A stretch of DNA of 64,000 bases from Dipteris shenzhenensis (GCA_047967505.1 CM106538.1); one strand, 5' to 3'. Positions 36,201 to 50,909 are shown, numbered from the stretch's first letter. The notes: a model not told the origin generated them from the letters alone. A program made the numbers and translations.

Positions 36201-37545
36201 TCTCCATACACTACCAACTTGCTTATTGTTCCAAGTGAAGACACATAGGCTATTAAGACTATCAAAAGATACCCAGTCGATCAGGTTGCAGCTCTTCTCA
36301 AAGAGTTGCCAAGCGTCCATTTCGTTGGTTGTACCTTTTGCACTCTCATGCGACCAGTCTCGAGCACTGAGGACCAAGTTCCAATCTCCAAGTAACAAGG
36401 CTTGTTTTCCCTCAACAAGTGTCCTTAACCTTCCCCACAAGGCTATTCTCTCAACAGAACTATTCGGGGCGTAAATTGAAATAACCACAAACTTGACCTC
36501 CTGAAAGGGGAGTTGCGTAGCCACGTATTCCCCTCAAGAACTGGTTTCAATAGACAGTACCGAGAGTTGCTCACTAATCACGAGAGCAGTCCCCGCCTTC
36601 CCTGCCTGAGGGTAGTTGCTAATGCAACTATAACCCCGAATGCACATTCCATCGAGATTTTTGTCTCCTGTCTTCATCTCCTGCTAAAACCTTCGGCTTA
36701 TGTACACTGAGTAATCTCCTGACCACTTGCTGTTTCCAGAGAGCGCATGCACCTCTTATGTTCCATGAGATGCAAGCTATTTGTGGCCTTCTGGCCTTCG
36801 CTTCAGCCCTTGTCATAGTCATCATCTCGATCCATCTCCTGCGCCAGTGGAGCGTAGATGTTGACAAAAGCTCCACCTCTTCTTGCTCTTCTCTTGACAT
36901 CTCTGAGGGATTCAGCCCTTCTGAAGCTTCTTTCACCCTGATTACCTTCATGCATGGTTCTACAGTCCAGCTTCTTCTTCTCTGCCACCTCTGTAAACTT
37001 TTTAAAGTCTTCAGCTCTGCCTTTGGGGTTCGCTTTAGGAGATTTACCTTATTGGGATGTTTCTCCCTAGACCTTATCCACTTGGACATTTGCTACCCAT
37101 GGAAGCGCATGCACCACCTGTGTTTGCCCCATGTCCTCAACCACTGGGCCTTACATCGCCTTTTCCCCCTCTTTTCCCTCCGATGAAGCAACCAGTTCGT
37201 TTTTCTCAGGGCCGCCACGTTCAGGACCTAGCAAAATGACCACTTCACGTGTCCTCAACCAATGGGCCTTCCATCGCCTTTTTTCCCTCCGATGAAGCAG
37301 TCGGTTCGTTCTTCTTAGGTCTGCCACGTTTAGGACACTCTCTAGCAAAATGACCACTTCATTTATGGAAATAGCACGCATCTGGGAAGACTCCGAAACG
37401 AACTTCAACAAAAATGCTCCATTCATTAGGAAGCTCCAACTCCAGTGCCTCCGGTATTTCCCTTCTCCTGTCCCACATAGAAAGCAGGCTTTGGGGGACA
37501 AATTTTCATCACAATCAATTAGCAAAGTGCTAAAGTTTTCATGAC
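33224..37545 (-). mobile_element. L1-clade LINE, decayed (ORF1 remnant, AP endonuclease, RT, C-terminal zinc finger)
   Basis: CISWNIRGA, ISIYAPN, LLGDWN; IKLIPK, LNLDLEKAYDRVSW, RSIRQG.PLAPLLF, RYLGCP; CLFC..HLFW. The T-run at ~33224-33232 may be the poly(A) tail. Confidence 0.9.
35148..35441. mobile_element. ~290-bp AT-rich insertion with an 8-bp TSD (hAT-type MITE candidate) in the LINE RT
   Basis: CTTGCCTT at 35140-35147 and 35442-35449, splitting the RQG motif. TIRs match poorly. Confidence 0.6.
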
Positions 37546-40500
37546 AATCACTTAACTAAGTCAAGTTAACATTGTGTGGTTGGAGTGGAAAAGGTAAACA
37601 AAAAAACATGAAATGTAAAATGTTTTGGACAAATTACACATTAGGAGAAATGAACATGACTTTTATTGGGAATGACTATAATGAGAGATTGAATAGGGAT
37701 AATAAAACTTGTTGGTAAGCATACCAAATTGAGAAATAAGAAGGCAACATGGGACACGATTTCTTAAAAAAGAAAAAAAATGGCACGTTTTATAAAGAAG
37801 GTTTCTTTGAATATGAGAATTGTGGTTGAGATATTATTGAGAAATGGAAAAACAAAGATGATGTTGAGATGTGCAAGTGCATTTGTGTACACAAAATATC
37901 TAGGCTAGACTCACATCCTTTCTCTTTACTAACTTCCCATCATAGTTCCATCCTTTTGAATTTTTGAGCCCAATCAAAGGCCTTCAAGCCATTTGAAAGC
38001 TTCTTTTGAATTCCAAAGCTGAGAGATACACCTCCTTAAGAAGAGAGTTGAATGATTCTAGAAGATCTAGTTTCTTAAGCTTAAGGAAAGGCACTAATCA
38101 AGTTGGTTTGATATGTATAATTTTCAAAAGGGAAAAAGTTGCACACTCCATGGTAGGGTTCTCAAAATAGTGGACAAGACATGCAAACACATGATATCAA
38201 AAGAGAGGCCATAAACTTTGCTGACATCCCATCGACATGCTACTTGTCAAAATGTAGATTAGGTAGGATAGCTTTTAAAAGTTCTTATGCTTTTTTAGTA
38301 ATAGTAATTATATTTATATTGATGATAGTTTCTTCTATGGAAATTACATAGGTTTTTTGAGTCAGCACAATGTGCTTTGATGCTAAAATGCAATGGCTAC
38401 ATAAATGCCATTCACAAATGCTTTCCTTTTTCTTCTTTTGTGGCCCCATAGAGGAGGTCAAGCCAAACTTCCTCTACTTTGCTAGGCTACAATCCCTATT
38501 AGATAACTGGTGACTTCACCACAGGCCTTGCAAAAAAAAGGAGCCTTAAGCAAATGAAAAATATGACACTCGGGTTTGCCTTTACAAGCAAGGTGTCACA
38601 ACCACTAAGTCCCCCACACGTTATGGAAAATGTAAAGTAGGTCAAACAATAATAGCTTCCAATAAACATTAAAGGGGAAGAGGAGAGGTGTAAAATGGGA
38701 GGAGAGGTGAGGGAAAGTGTGAAAAGGCAAGAGAGGATAAAAGTGAAAAGTGGTAATTGTAAGGGTAAGGTGAGCCCTAATGACACGGTAGGAAAAGGTT
38801 TTTATTGGAAAAAGTTACTTTCCCATGTTACTTAGACCCCAAACCCTAAACATTACCCCACATGACCATGTAAGAGTGCATTTCCACGACATGCTCAATG
38901 GGCAGAAGCAAGCAATACTTGGCATGAGATGGTAGTTGTATAGATGTGTTCTCCTTCAATGCCTACTTAACATCTTGCCCCAAGAAATGCATATATGTTT
39001 GGCCCTCTGTCAATATGTTTTCATATCCCATTAGAATCGAACCTTCTAATTAGACATTGTATGCAACGACCGAGCTAGAAGCCTTGCATTCATGGAGCCA
39101 GTGGAGCCCTGCATTCATGGAGCAATGAGTAATCGAGCACTTAGAGCATTCCCACGTAGGGCGATTCTATACCATCAAGTGCAGGATCATCAAAATTGGG
39201 AGGTTTCCCTCATATTCACAGTGGCCTGAGGGCATCTATTAACATGGCTAACATTGCGAAATTTAGCCGAAAGCAAAGAATTCGGCCATTAGATTGGACA
39301 AATCTTGAAAAGTTTGCCAGATGCAATCCTAGAACGTTCACCTCTTCTTAAATATCACTTGTTCTCATGCCATTACGCTATTTTGCAGCCTTGATTCTCT
39401 CGGGATGTCCATGGACGATGTGAGAAAGCACTCGCTAGCATGTGGGGGGGATCATGGATGCAAGCATTGACCATGTGGAGACGTGGTCCTTGATTTTGAC
39501 TTGGAAAACCGTTTGAGTTGTGATTCAATTTACAAAAAAGGAAAGGTTGGTTGTAAGTTATAAACAGACCACGGGCCCGCCGTGAGTCGCCCTTTACAAC
39601 GATGCTTACTTTTCGATTTTATGGCCACCGTTGTCACGCATGACGCTATAAGTAGAGATAAAATGGACACGTGTCGGTAAATGGTAACATGTGTGCCATG
39701 GAAACACTGGAAAGATGGCCACGTGCTCGTAAACCAGGGAGCAGCTGCCACGGTCTTTTTATTTTAGCTATTAGCTCTTTTTCTATTTTAGATTTTTTGG
39801 GTTTTTTTTGAGGGGGTCTCAAGCACGCTAGTTTAGCCATCCATTGAAAAAAAAAATTTAGCCTTGAGTGCCTTGCTCGTGAACATGCACTAACTCCAAA
39901 GCCAAATTCGCAAACACTTTTTTTCCTACATTTGAGGTAATGGATAGCTTTGTTTTGAAGTGGCAGTAGTGTTCTAGTGGTTCCAAGTTGATCACAATTA
40001 TTGTTTCCTAAGGAACAAAACTTCCAACTAAAGTGAGAGACAACAAAACTACTTAAAAGCTCACTTAGTCTATACAATCCATAATTTTTCATTTTCATCC
40101 ACAATATAGCACCCACTATACATTCTCAAAATATAAATATTTATTAAAGAATAAGTGTCATCAATTAGACAAAATAGGGGAATGAATTACATATACTCAA
40201 ATTCATACTCACTCATATTTTTACGCCGAACCTTGCATCTCTCAAGAACATTTGCCAAGAGGCAAGTAGCAAAAACTATCTTCATTGTTGGTGCTGGACA
40301 TTGTTGTGTAAGAGTAGCATTCAAAGTGCTTGCCTTCATTTGTTTTGAGTACTAGTTTTCCTGTGTGAGGCTAACACCCACCAAACAACTCATGGAGAAG
40401 TCTTTCCCCCCACCTTATGTATTCGGTGCCTCCTCAAGTGTGGACTCCCTGCTCTATAACTAACTAGAGAGTGGAGGAGATACCAGGACCGTGACGGACC

Positions 40501-42025
40501 CGACATGTGTGCCTTGCTTCGGAACTTGAAGGCCCTTAGCTCACCATGATAAAACTCCAAAAACTGACGGGTGCTTGGTTTGGGTAAGAGCAGCCATACA
40601 TAGTTGGGCATCGACTCGATGGTGGTGTGGCCTAATACTCGGAGTCTCTCCCACCACCTGATGCCGTACATCCAACATAACACCCTCCTTGTACTTGCTT
40701 TCCATCTCTATATCTTATGGAGAGCCCATGTGAGAATGTGATCTTAGATCCTCAACAATAGTACTGTAAGTTGGTAGCTACTTAGTGGTGGGAAAATGCT
40801 ACATTGAGAATTCTTAACTAGAGAACGTTGATGGGCAGTGGTACAGAGCATGATGACTACCCTATTCATGTCTCACAAACCTATTAAGATTGTGTGATCT
40901 TGCGCGGCTCTCGACTAAGGAAGTGTGTACATGCAACGGTTAGTATGGATTGACCACATAAATGAGGAACCCTTAGGTCGTGCGTATGATGCAAGCATTG
41001 AGAGGCGATAAAATGCATGACATTTATTGGTTTACGTTTTCAAAGTTGTGAACCAATTGTGATTTGAGGCATTCTCGTGGGTGAAGTTGGTCCAAGACCC
41101 GTCCTAATGCGGGAGGAATCTGCATAAAAAAGTAGCATGTCGAATTGTTCTCATGAAAGGGAGAGTAGATTTGAGCAAATGTACTAGTAAGAGTAGGGGC
41201 TTGTTATCTAAGGCAAGATTGATGGCAATGACGATGCTATGCTTAAAAACAGGATCTCACAATTGAATTGAATTCGTTGATGACACTCTCAAATATGCTA
41301 GTTGAAAGGGTGGAGAGCTCCAATTTGCGCACATGAGTCATGTTACACACTGAGGGTGCGCACCCAAGAGGCAAACATGTCCACTGCGCAAACCTGATGG
41401 GTAGAGCCAATCTGGGCTGCCAATCGCTCCATCTCACGGGGCGAGTGTGTAAACACCCGCACAGAAGATTGCGCAACGCAATGTGCCTCAAGTGCTCGAG
41501 CTTGGGATGCACCAAAGTAACCATGACTCTATACCACAATGGTCAGGTTACGGGATGGGTTTTTTTTTTTGGGGATTAAGGTGTGGGTTTTTGCAAACCC
41601 TAATCTAGTTGAAACCCTAATGAAGCAGAGCTCACCCTACTGGCTATGGCTACGGCGAACAGTAGCTCAATCAGAGCCATGGCGAACTGTCGAAAACTGT
41701 GTTGTTGCTCTTGGAAATCGTCATCCCTCGTTTCCAATCCGGAGACAATAACCTAACAAAGCAGGGGTGATGGCGAGCAGTTGAACAGTCGTAGTCACGA
41801 GGAGGAGCGTGCTGCTGGAGCACGCGGCGCAGGTGGACGGGCGTCCTTTGCCTCTTGAGGTAAGCATTGCTCCACGTCTTCATGGTCCCTTTACTCCAAT
41901 TCTCCTGTGAGATGCTGCGCCAACCAAATCTTACGGGAGCGCACGATCCTGATGTTTTATCTGTTGGAAAGGTTTCTATTACTGTGTGGGATGGGAACTT
42001 GGGAAGTTGGGAACGGTAACGGATG

Positions 42026-42031
<6 letters not shown>

Positions 42032-42082
<51 letters not shown>

Positions 42083-42154
42083 AGCGAGCGAGCGAGCGAG
42101 CGAGAGCGAGCAAATTTCAAAGAGAAGATGACGGGAAGATTACGCTGTAATTTT

Positions 42155-42209
<55 letters not shown>

Positions 42210-42249
42210 TCAAAGAGAAGATGACGGGCAGATTACGCTGTAATTTTCA
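42032..42249 (+). repeat. two (GA)n microsatellites, each followed by the same ~44-bp unit, upstream of the bHLH gene
   Basis: (GA)n at ~42032-42078 and ~42158-42205. AATTTCAAAGAGAAGATGACGGG(A/C)AGATTACGCTGTAATTTTCA occurs twice. Confidence 0.9.
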
Positions 42250-43103
42250 ATCAAACCTCGCAGAGGAGAGGCAGAGATCAGAGGAAGGAGGGGGAATGGG
42301 AACAGTGGACAGTGGAAATTGATGAGGAGAGAAAGAGGGAGGAGAGCGTATGGAGGCCCCGCGCTGACGAATTGCTGGCTCAATCAGGGAGGACTTCGAG
42401 AGCAAGTGAATGTGAGATAAATCCGAAATCCGGATGGTTTCTGCGGCAACAACAGGTGAGGAAGGGGAACAGGCAAAGCTGAAAGGAAGTCGAAAGAGAC
42501 CATGTGCCACGCAGCGATGGCGATGGCGATGGCGATGGCGATGGGAGACAAGGGGAGCATGCCCTGCACAGGCTGCCGCCCCCCCCTCCCTTGCTCGCTT
42601 TTACCGCTTTGTTGAAAAGAGAATTCACCAAAAGACGCTCTTTTCACTCCCCTGCTCACCGTCCCACCCAAACCTTGCCTCCCCCCCCCTTTCCATCAGC
42701 TTTTCCCCAACCCCCCCTTCCCTGCCTTCAATTTTTGCCCTTGCACTTTCCTCCCCCAGCTCCCTCCCTTTGCTCTTCATTGACCAATGCTGTCTTTCAT
42801 CTGTGACGATCTGTCATGAACCTGGGTTTTGGCTGCAAATCTTTTAGTCCTCCTTGTTTCGCCTGGGGAAGGGACAGCGCGATCCTGCCTTTTAGACCGA
42901 GGAGCGCACTCTTTTTCCTCCTGGATTTTTCATCAAGTTGAGATCGTTCCGACGCTCCACGAAGCTGAGAGACCACTCTGAAAACACGAGTTCGAGACAC
43001 AATTCGACGAAAAGCTCCCTATCGTTGCACGGAATCCTTGGGGCTCTTAGATGGTCGTTTTACAGGTCTTCCAGGGTGGTGTGCTCGGAACATCTTAACG
43101 TGT

Positions 43104-46100
43104 ATGGCCCTGCCAAATACAGCAGCGGGCACAGTGCCTTCTGAGTCTGTAGAACTGGTAGAAAGAGGTGTAGGGAGCCCTGTGGGTTCTGTGGTTGGAG
43201 TGACTTCTAGCAATTCGATTGCATCGCAAGACATGCGGCTGGGGCCATCTACACACCGGACACCTTTGAACTTGGAGCTGCCACAGTTATCTCAAACTCC
43301 TGTACATGAAGGTCGCTTCTACCTTTCGTTGGCTGCCGACTCTTTGTATCGCAGTCTTGAGTTGGGCTGTGCTCTTACATGTTGGGTTTTGTGCAGGAGC
43401 AAAGGAAGCGACCACTCATGATTTCCTGTCACTCTACAAAAGTGCTGTACCTGTAGGGAAAATCGAAACAGCAGCTGCCCAAGGTTTTTTTTTTTGGATC
43501 CAAGCCGGAATTGTATTTATCGTTCCTTAGATCATCTGGATTGTGCCCAATGAGGCGTAAGAGTGGGCAAGTGCTTAGATAGCATGAGCTGATGTATGCC
43601 CTGTCATTTGCAGGCTTGTTAAGATCTGTTGCAACCCAAGACTTTTTGCAACCCTTGGACCATTGCTCCAAGCTTGTTAGTGGAAATATTATACCACCTG
43701 GGTTGGTAACTACAAGCCTCATGAATCGTCTTCGTGTGAGCAGTACAAACAGCTATGGTGTTGAAGAGGCTACTTATCGCCACCCTAATGGAACCATGGA
43801 GCTGTCATCTAACGTGTTTACACCGATGGATGGGATGGAAGGGGGCTTAAGTGATGTCAAGGGTAAACTTTTGGACACTTCTTGTTTAGTATTCAGCTTA
43901 CAACATTATCTTTTGATTTTTTTACACAGCCCCTCAGGCTTCCAAAAATTAAATAGGCCACATGTTTACCCTCATGCTTAAGGGTTCCATGATCTTTGAC
44001 CACTGTGCAAGGGTATATCAAGATGGACAATTCGATTATGTTGTTCACGCCCTTCACAAGGTGAACACACCTCTTTGTGAACATACCTTTTGGGACACAT
44101 GCCGTTGAAAGTGTGATTTTTCACTCTATATAACGGAGGTGGAATCAACACGCGCCTTTTTTTCACTCTATGGAGGCAGAATTAACATCCTATTCGAATT
44201 CAATCTCTAGTATTAGCTATCATTGCATCTTATTCGGATTCAATATTTACATTTTTCTATGCTCTTGTGTTCACTCATGATATAGATTACAAGGGTTTCC
44301 TACAATGATATGAGAGTAAACATTGCTCATGCCTATAGAAAAGCTCCTCAACCCCCTAATACCAACTACATGCCTGAAAGCTCCACAAAAGAACAGAGTC
44401 CTCTATATACCCCTTAGGTCTTGCCTTTGTGTACTTGGGTCATTGCAGGAGAACGAGACACAGCTTTTCATTGGTTGCAAACCCTTTTTCAAGAAGGGAC
44501 ACACCACACCTATTGACCCACGTGAGAGACTTTTTATGAAGGGGCACATCCCTTATCACAATTGCAAAGAGTGTGGGTCACATCGGTGGAGATGTGATAC
44601 CAGCCAGCTTCTACTATGTGTGATGGTGTTTATGGTTTTCAACCTTGTGGGGGGTGTGGGTGTGCGTCGTGTGTGTGCGTGCGCGCGCGTGCGTAGTGTG
44701 TGTGCGTGCGCTATCTTTGCATTGAAAACAACACCTAAATCTAGCGACCCACGAGACTTAAATGGATTCCTCAAGTCGCAAAAATCTGTGCCAGCAATCA
44801 ATGTGGGGGATTGTACAACCAATGGATGCCTTGAGTTGTGAAAATATAGAAAATACATGTAGCCATGTCTAGAACCATGCCTTGCTCCCAGATAACTAGC
44901 AAGATGTAGTCATATGATGTCATGTTGGATGTGGACAAAGGTAGCCGAAGGTCAATTATGTTCCCCACCATAAGAAGTTTTTATCGTGCAACCTAGATAT
45001 TCTACGCTGTGATGTTGGTTGTCATCTCCCAAACCTTGTCTTCTTGTGAGAGCTACAAGCGTTGACGAGCCGAAGGGAACGGCTCATGACAATCTTAGCT
45101 GATTCTGATCATTTGCTCTCCGTCTATTAGATAAGCCAGGGAGATCATCCCTGCGGCAAAAGCATGCCTCCCCTTTGTCAACCATGCCACCATATCCTAG
45201 GTGAAAACCGTACGAATGCTCAACAGCTTGGTGTGGGTGTGGGTGTGTGTGGATGTATGTTTTTCTTCTAGAAACGTATCAAGTATTAGAAGCTTTGAAA
45301 ACACCACCTAAATTTGGCAATCCATGAGGCTTAAAATAGGGAGCTGGCTATCTTGTATCCTAGCTCTAGAGGTCCTAGCTCACTACCTATGGTACCTTTG
45401 GAAGCTGACAACCAGTGCGGAGGATTGTACAACGTATGGATGCCTCGAGTCGTGAAATTCGATGCCAAGGCCCAACAATAAGTGTGGGGGATTGTACAAC
45501 CAAGAAATGCCTTGAGTTGTGAATCCACCTGAAGCCAAGATCTTCCCCTCGTGTGAGTCTCTCCTCAGGCTGCAAAAAAACCAACTAATCTAATGGAGTG
45601 AATCTTGGTCTGTGAAGCCAAATAGCATGCCCCTAGTAGAGGTCTCACCCTCTATAGGCTGGCATGTTGAAGCCTCCACATGCAAGTCCATGTCATTGGG
45701 AAACTCAGAATCCAAGAGCAAGAGACATGCCTTGGCTAGATGAGGTGCTTGTGACAGAAGAAAGTAGCCTAAGGCCTTTGTTACAAATATAAATATGACT
45801 GGGGCAAGTGGGCAGCATTGCCTCATCAAGCGTGAAAGAGAGAAGGTTTCCTTGATGTCACTAGAGATCAAGGTCTAGTTGGAGCTGTCAACACGCAAGG
45901 CAACGATTGCTATTACCCGTTGCTTTGATAAGCCAAGTCACTTTATAGTGCCCTCCAAGAAGGTCCGACTCACCTTGTTTTAGGCCTTCTCAAAGTCAAG
46001 GAATAGGATTGCAAGGGGCTGAGAGCCCAGCTTGTGTGTAGGATGTGTACAAAATTAGTCTGTGTGTTATTAACAACGTCTAGGAGTAGAGGTCAAAGCT

Positions 46101-49100
46101 AGAAACTCAAGGTTGTAGCTAAGATGTTGTAGTATCCAAAAGAGTAATTTGGTTGAAGAGCTTAAGAACCTTCAGCATCTCCTCATCAGAATAAGAATCC
46201 TCCAGTTGTCTCATCATTATCACCCTTCTCCTTGGCTGTCCTCACTTTCGTCCTTTGCCTATATTAGCTGTCCCCTAATGTCTCGATATTTGGAGTTTGG
46301 CCCTTGCAAAGCACGTGCACTTGGTCTTGAAGAAGTGTCCTTGTCATCCTACTCATGAATATTGATATGAACACTTAAGCCCACCTAGACTTTGTCTCTT
46401 GCAAAGTTAGTTGGGCACACTCATATTTGTTTGTGGGGATCCTGCTCTTGCTTCCGCAACGTCTCAACAAACCCTCTCATGGAGGGCTTGTCTACTTTTT
46501 TAGATGCTAGGTTAAAGATGTTGGAGATACAATCTAGAGTTCTAGAGAGAACTATGTTGGAGATACAATCCACACTTCTAAAGAGACCAGTTATTTTGTT
46601 TGGATCCTAGCCTCGATAAGAGACATTACCATTAATTGGATAGACGGTTGAATTTGAACATAACAGTTTTTGTGATTCGAGATGAGATAGGAGTCAGGAC
46701 TAAAATCCTTGCAAGAAACTTGGCAACAAAGGATGTTTAGAAAGATAGATTTCTCCTTTAGTGCTAGCCTCTGTCATAGCTGAGTCTGCCATTCACCTCC
46801 TGAGTATCGACAGAAACTCAGTACGAGACCTTTCTATAAATAGATGCCCAGTATGTGGGGGTCTGTGGATTTGTAAGTGTGAGAGCATATATTTATACTA
46901 TGGTCTACACCCACTGCTGGGCGCTGATGACGTCAGTTGGGATGTCATAGTAGCTAGTCCCTGTTATGCGTGATGGAGTTTATGGTTTTCAACCTTATGA
47001 GTGACTATCATGAGATTGAAACTGCACCATGCTTTTAGATGAGTTTGGGCATGTTCTTGGATTCATCTAGATATAGGCTGTCTCCGATTGAGACTCTCCA
47101 TGTGCACCCCTAATCTAGTGTTTGGTAAAACACTTTTTTGGAAGCCTACCTTGCATCTCTCAGGCAAGATTGCCAGTAATTTTGAACCTCTTAAGAATCA
47201 GTCAAGTCGGTCTCACATTTTTTTTCCACTTGTTCTTCAATATATGTGCGAGGATCTATGCCTACCTTCTCATAGTGGGCGTCGAGTGTGTGACTCCATT
47301 TGCCTTCCTTGTATCTTGAGTGATTGGGATCCATCAATGAAGCAATGTCCATTGCAAATAAATTAGTTTGGAGTGCATCCCTCCCAATATGGAGACACCT
47401 TGTTTCCACAACCTTTCGTACAAAAAAATTAGTTGAGTGCATCCCTCCCGATATGGAGACACCGTGTTTCCCACAACCTTTCGTGCTTCGCAGACTAAGT
47501 TCAGTTTAAATGGCATTTTTCTTCATATTCTGCTATGCAGCTACCACCAAATATCACCACTTTTCAAGGACCAGAAGTTCTTCCTTCAATTTGTACTGCA
47601 CCTGACATTGGATGTCCAGCTGTGACCTGTCTCCAGCAGGAGCAAATACTAATTGGATATGTTTCCAACTGGAAATCAGTCCAGATTGACATCTGTCGTC
47701 ATTGACCAAGGCGTTCAGAAGGCAAAGTTGGCGATTTGTATACTTGGGTCAAGTCTGATATAGAAAGGATTTCAGAATTTTGAATAGTGCAGTTTCAATC
47801 TCATAATAGTCACAAGGTTGAAAACAGTTGTGATTTCCAAAGATGAATCTGGGCTTGTTCCTGGATTCGTCTAGATATATGTTCTTGCTGTATTAGCGGA
47901 CATGCAAATTTCACCTTATGAAGTTTTTGTCCATGTTGCGGCCTGCTGATATTGCGATAAATTCTGTCTATCTTAAGTGCCCTATCAGCGTTCTGTTCAA
48001 AGCATCTTTTGCTTAGAAATGCTCGTTTAGGAGAGACTAAAATGAAAATTTAGAGTTTTCACATGCAGTTTTAGCTTGAATGCAGAGAATGTGGACTACT
48101 TTTTCATTAGCCTTGTCCTATGGTGTTAGCCTTTGTTACAGCTGCATCTGCAGTGCTGACTGAAACTCAGTATGAAGACTTTTGTATAAATGGTTGCTCA
48201 AGTGTGCGTGGGTGTGTGGATATGTATGTGTGAGAGCATTTGTTTATACTTTTGTTCTGCACCCACTGTTGGGCGCTAATGACATCGGTAGGGATGTAAT
48301 TGTAGCTAGTCCCTGCTACTAATTTATGTATTCATCTATATGTTGCATATTTTGAAACATTGCTGGTACGTATGGATGTCAGTGACGTGAGTTGTCATGT
48401 GACAATGTTTCAAACTAATGTGACTTTCATGATTCATGAGGGTGTGTTTCTATGAAAATATGAATGAGCATATTGATAAGTTAATTAAGTCAAATGCAGC
48501 TTCTGAACTAATGTTTCTTCAGAGTATATATATTTGAAAGACCATTAGATTAATGCAGAAGTGGCCATTGGCCTATCATGGGCATCTGTAGCTAGTAGTC
48601 ACAGCTTATGGATTGAGAATGTTATTGTGGAGCCTGGCTTTTCTGCATGCACTTTTTGAAGGGGCAGAGTGTGTATTGCAGAAAACTTGTAGTCATTTCT
48701 ACTATTTTTGCATATGTGTCATTCTCAAATGAGAGACATCATCCTCAAACATCCAGTGAAATTAGCTCAACATTTACTTAAAACTGTGCCATATCAGGTT
48801 TTTTGACTATGTCTTGTCTGCTGCTCAAAGAGTTGTATGCTTAATACTGAAATGTTCTTACTCGTTGTAATGGAATTTTGGTTCAGATCATATATCGCAA
48901 AAGATGGAGGGCAAGAACAATGACTGCAAAGCAAACACTCCAAGGTCTAAGCATTCAGCCACAGAGCAGCGAAGAAGAAGCAAAATCAATGACAGGCAGG
49001 CCACTTTGCCTTACCTTAGCTTAAATAATTGATCTCGGAGTCTGCAACCATCTCATATGTGCTCTGTTGAATTTCAGATTTCAAATGTTAAGGCAACTAG

Positions 49101-50909
49101 TGCCTAATAATGATCAGAAAAGGGACAAAGCTTCTTTTTTACTTGAGGTACACATCAATTGTTACTTTCCAGAGTTTAAGTGACCAGGTCACAGATCATT
49201 TGGCATTGAATGCTTATATTGTATACTTTGCGACAGGTTATTGAATACATTCAGGTTCTACAAGAGAAAGTGCAAAAGTATGAGTCTACAGACCATGGAC
49301 GGCAGCAGGAAAGGTTGAAAGCTATCTCATGGGACGTACCTCAGGTGCAGACAATCTCATGCTTTTATGTATGTGAAATTGGATTCATGGGCTCCCTAAA
49401 TACTGACTAGAATTAATGTTCGTGGTTCCTTATTCAGAGGAACTCTGGCGCCCGGGACTTAATTACTAGTAGCTCCTTCATGGATCCCTTTTATGGGAAA
49501 GAGCACATTCCGATAGTATCAACCATGCCTTTTGACATGAAGCAAGTCCCAGACAACAGCGCTTCAGGGGGACCCAGTTCGACTTCTTTAGCAGCACCAG
49601 TTGAACATGAAGTTTCAAGTAGTGGGCATGGTTCTTTGCCTGTTGAAAGAACACCACAAGGGGCACAAGGTCACCATCTAATCCTTGAGAAAAGTGCCAT
49701 CACAAAGCCAATACCTGTTTCTTCATCTAGTCAGCTCCCTGTTCAAACAGCATGTGGGAAAGTTTTAAATCATGCTAATCATTCTGTCCCTTCTTCGGCA
49801 TCAGAATCCCATGTTTCAAGCTGCCCTATGCCCTTTGACAAGCAAGCCGTACCACTTCCTTATAACAATGTAGAATCTGCTTTGCCTGTGTCTCACGGAA
49901 ACAGTCAAGCACGTGCTCAAGCAAAACACAGTATGGAGGAACCAAGGCAGCAAGAGTTTAAAGGGAAGGATCATGGACTCGTTACAAACAGTGAGACGTG
50001 TAAGCAGGACCTCGCAAATTTAGATGCAGAGCTGGCGCCTTCTGGCACAGGATCTTCTTTTGGGCTGTTGCAAAATGGTGATGTTACTGTTCCTGAACAG
50101 TGTGGTGGAGTTATAAATGGTGCTCTTAGATCCGAGTCTCAGCTGAAAGTGGGGTCTTTCCAAGACATACGGGAACCAGTGATTGTTCAAGGTGGTGTCA
50201 TCAATGTCTCTACTGTATACTCCCAAAAGTAAGTGTTCCTCTTTTTTTACGGGCAAGGAAGGTTTTAACTGTTTTTGGCCTGCCTGAAGGAGGGTAGGGT
50301 ATAGTGACCGGTTTTGTTTTGAGAAAGCTAAAAATCGCAAAAAAAAATTACTGAGGTTTTTTGTGATTGGTTGTGGGCATAAGATCTCCACCTTTTCCTC
50401 CTTTTTTTCTTCTTTTTATTTCAAGGCAGGCCACTTGAACATCGTTCAAACTTGTTTTGTATCTTGGTATAAGTAAACCGGAAAGCCATGCAGCCACTAT
50501 GGTGTGCAGTTTGCCAGCAGCTAATATGTTTTTAAGATATATTTTTTGGAGAGCATTTTTAAGGGTGACATTCCTTTTCTGCATTTGTAAGAGAGAGATT
50601 CAACAACACTCTTCTTTGGGGGGTTGGCAGGTTGCTAGACACCCTTACAAGGGCTCTAGAAACTTCAGGAGTAGACTTATCCCAAGCCAACATCTCTGTC
50701 CAAATCAATTTGGGAAAGGCTGCAGTGGCAACTAGTTCAACAAAGGTAGAGTGTCTGGCTAATTTTGCTTCTTGTCACTGAGGCGATCTGTGAATGTTTA
50801 CTGAATCATTGTGCCAATATAACAGGCAGGAAATCAGAGTACTGAGATTCAACAAATAGCTCAAGGACAAGAGTTGGAGCATTTGAATAAGAGACCAAAG
50901 ATTGAGTGA
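43104..50909 (+). CDS. BIM: BIM-family (BES1-interacting Myc-like) bHLH transcription factor, 9 coding exons
   Basis: Exons: 43104 (or 43233)-43311, 43397-43483, 43614-43862, 48887-48995, 49078-49147, 49237-49344 (or 49335), 49438-50228, 50631-50745, 50826-50909; phases are consistent. Motifs: [110 protein letters not shown]. Extra exons within the 5-kb intron cannot be excluded. Confidence 0.93.
45560..46150 (-). mobile_element. L1 RT fragment in BIM intron 3
   Basis: [27 protein letters not shown]. Confidence 0.75.

Noticed and set aside
41671-42847. Multiple ORFs with ER, SL, WR or DG repeats
   Set aside because: These are translations of microsatellites in the BIM upstream region.
46920-46960. 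CTGATGA in the recurring intronic module as a hammerhead ribozyme core or C/D snoRNA box
   Set aside because: No GAAA after a stem II, and the motif is not kept in the other copies (CTAATGA at ~48276).
47540-47705. Possible extra BIM exon within intron 3
   Set aside because: The phase-compatible frame after TGCAG hits a stop, there is no BIM-like motif, and exons 3 and 4 already join in phase.
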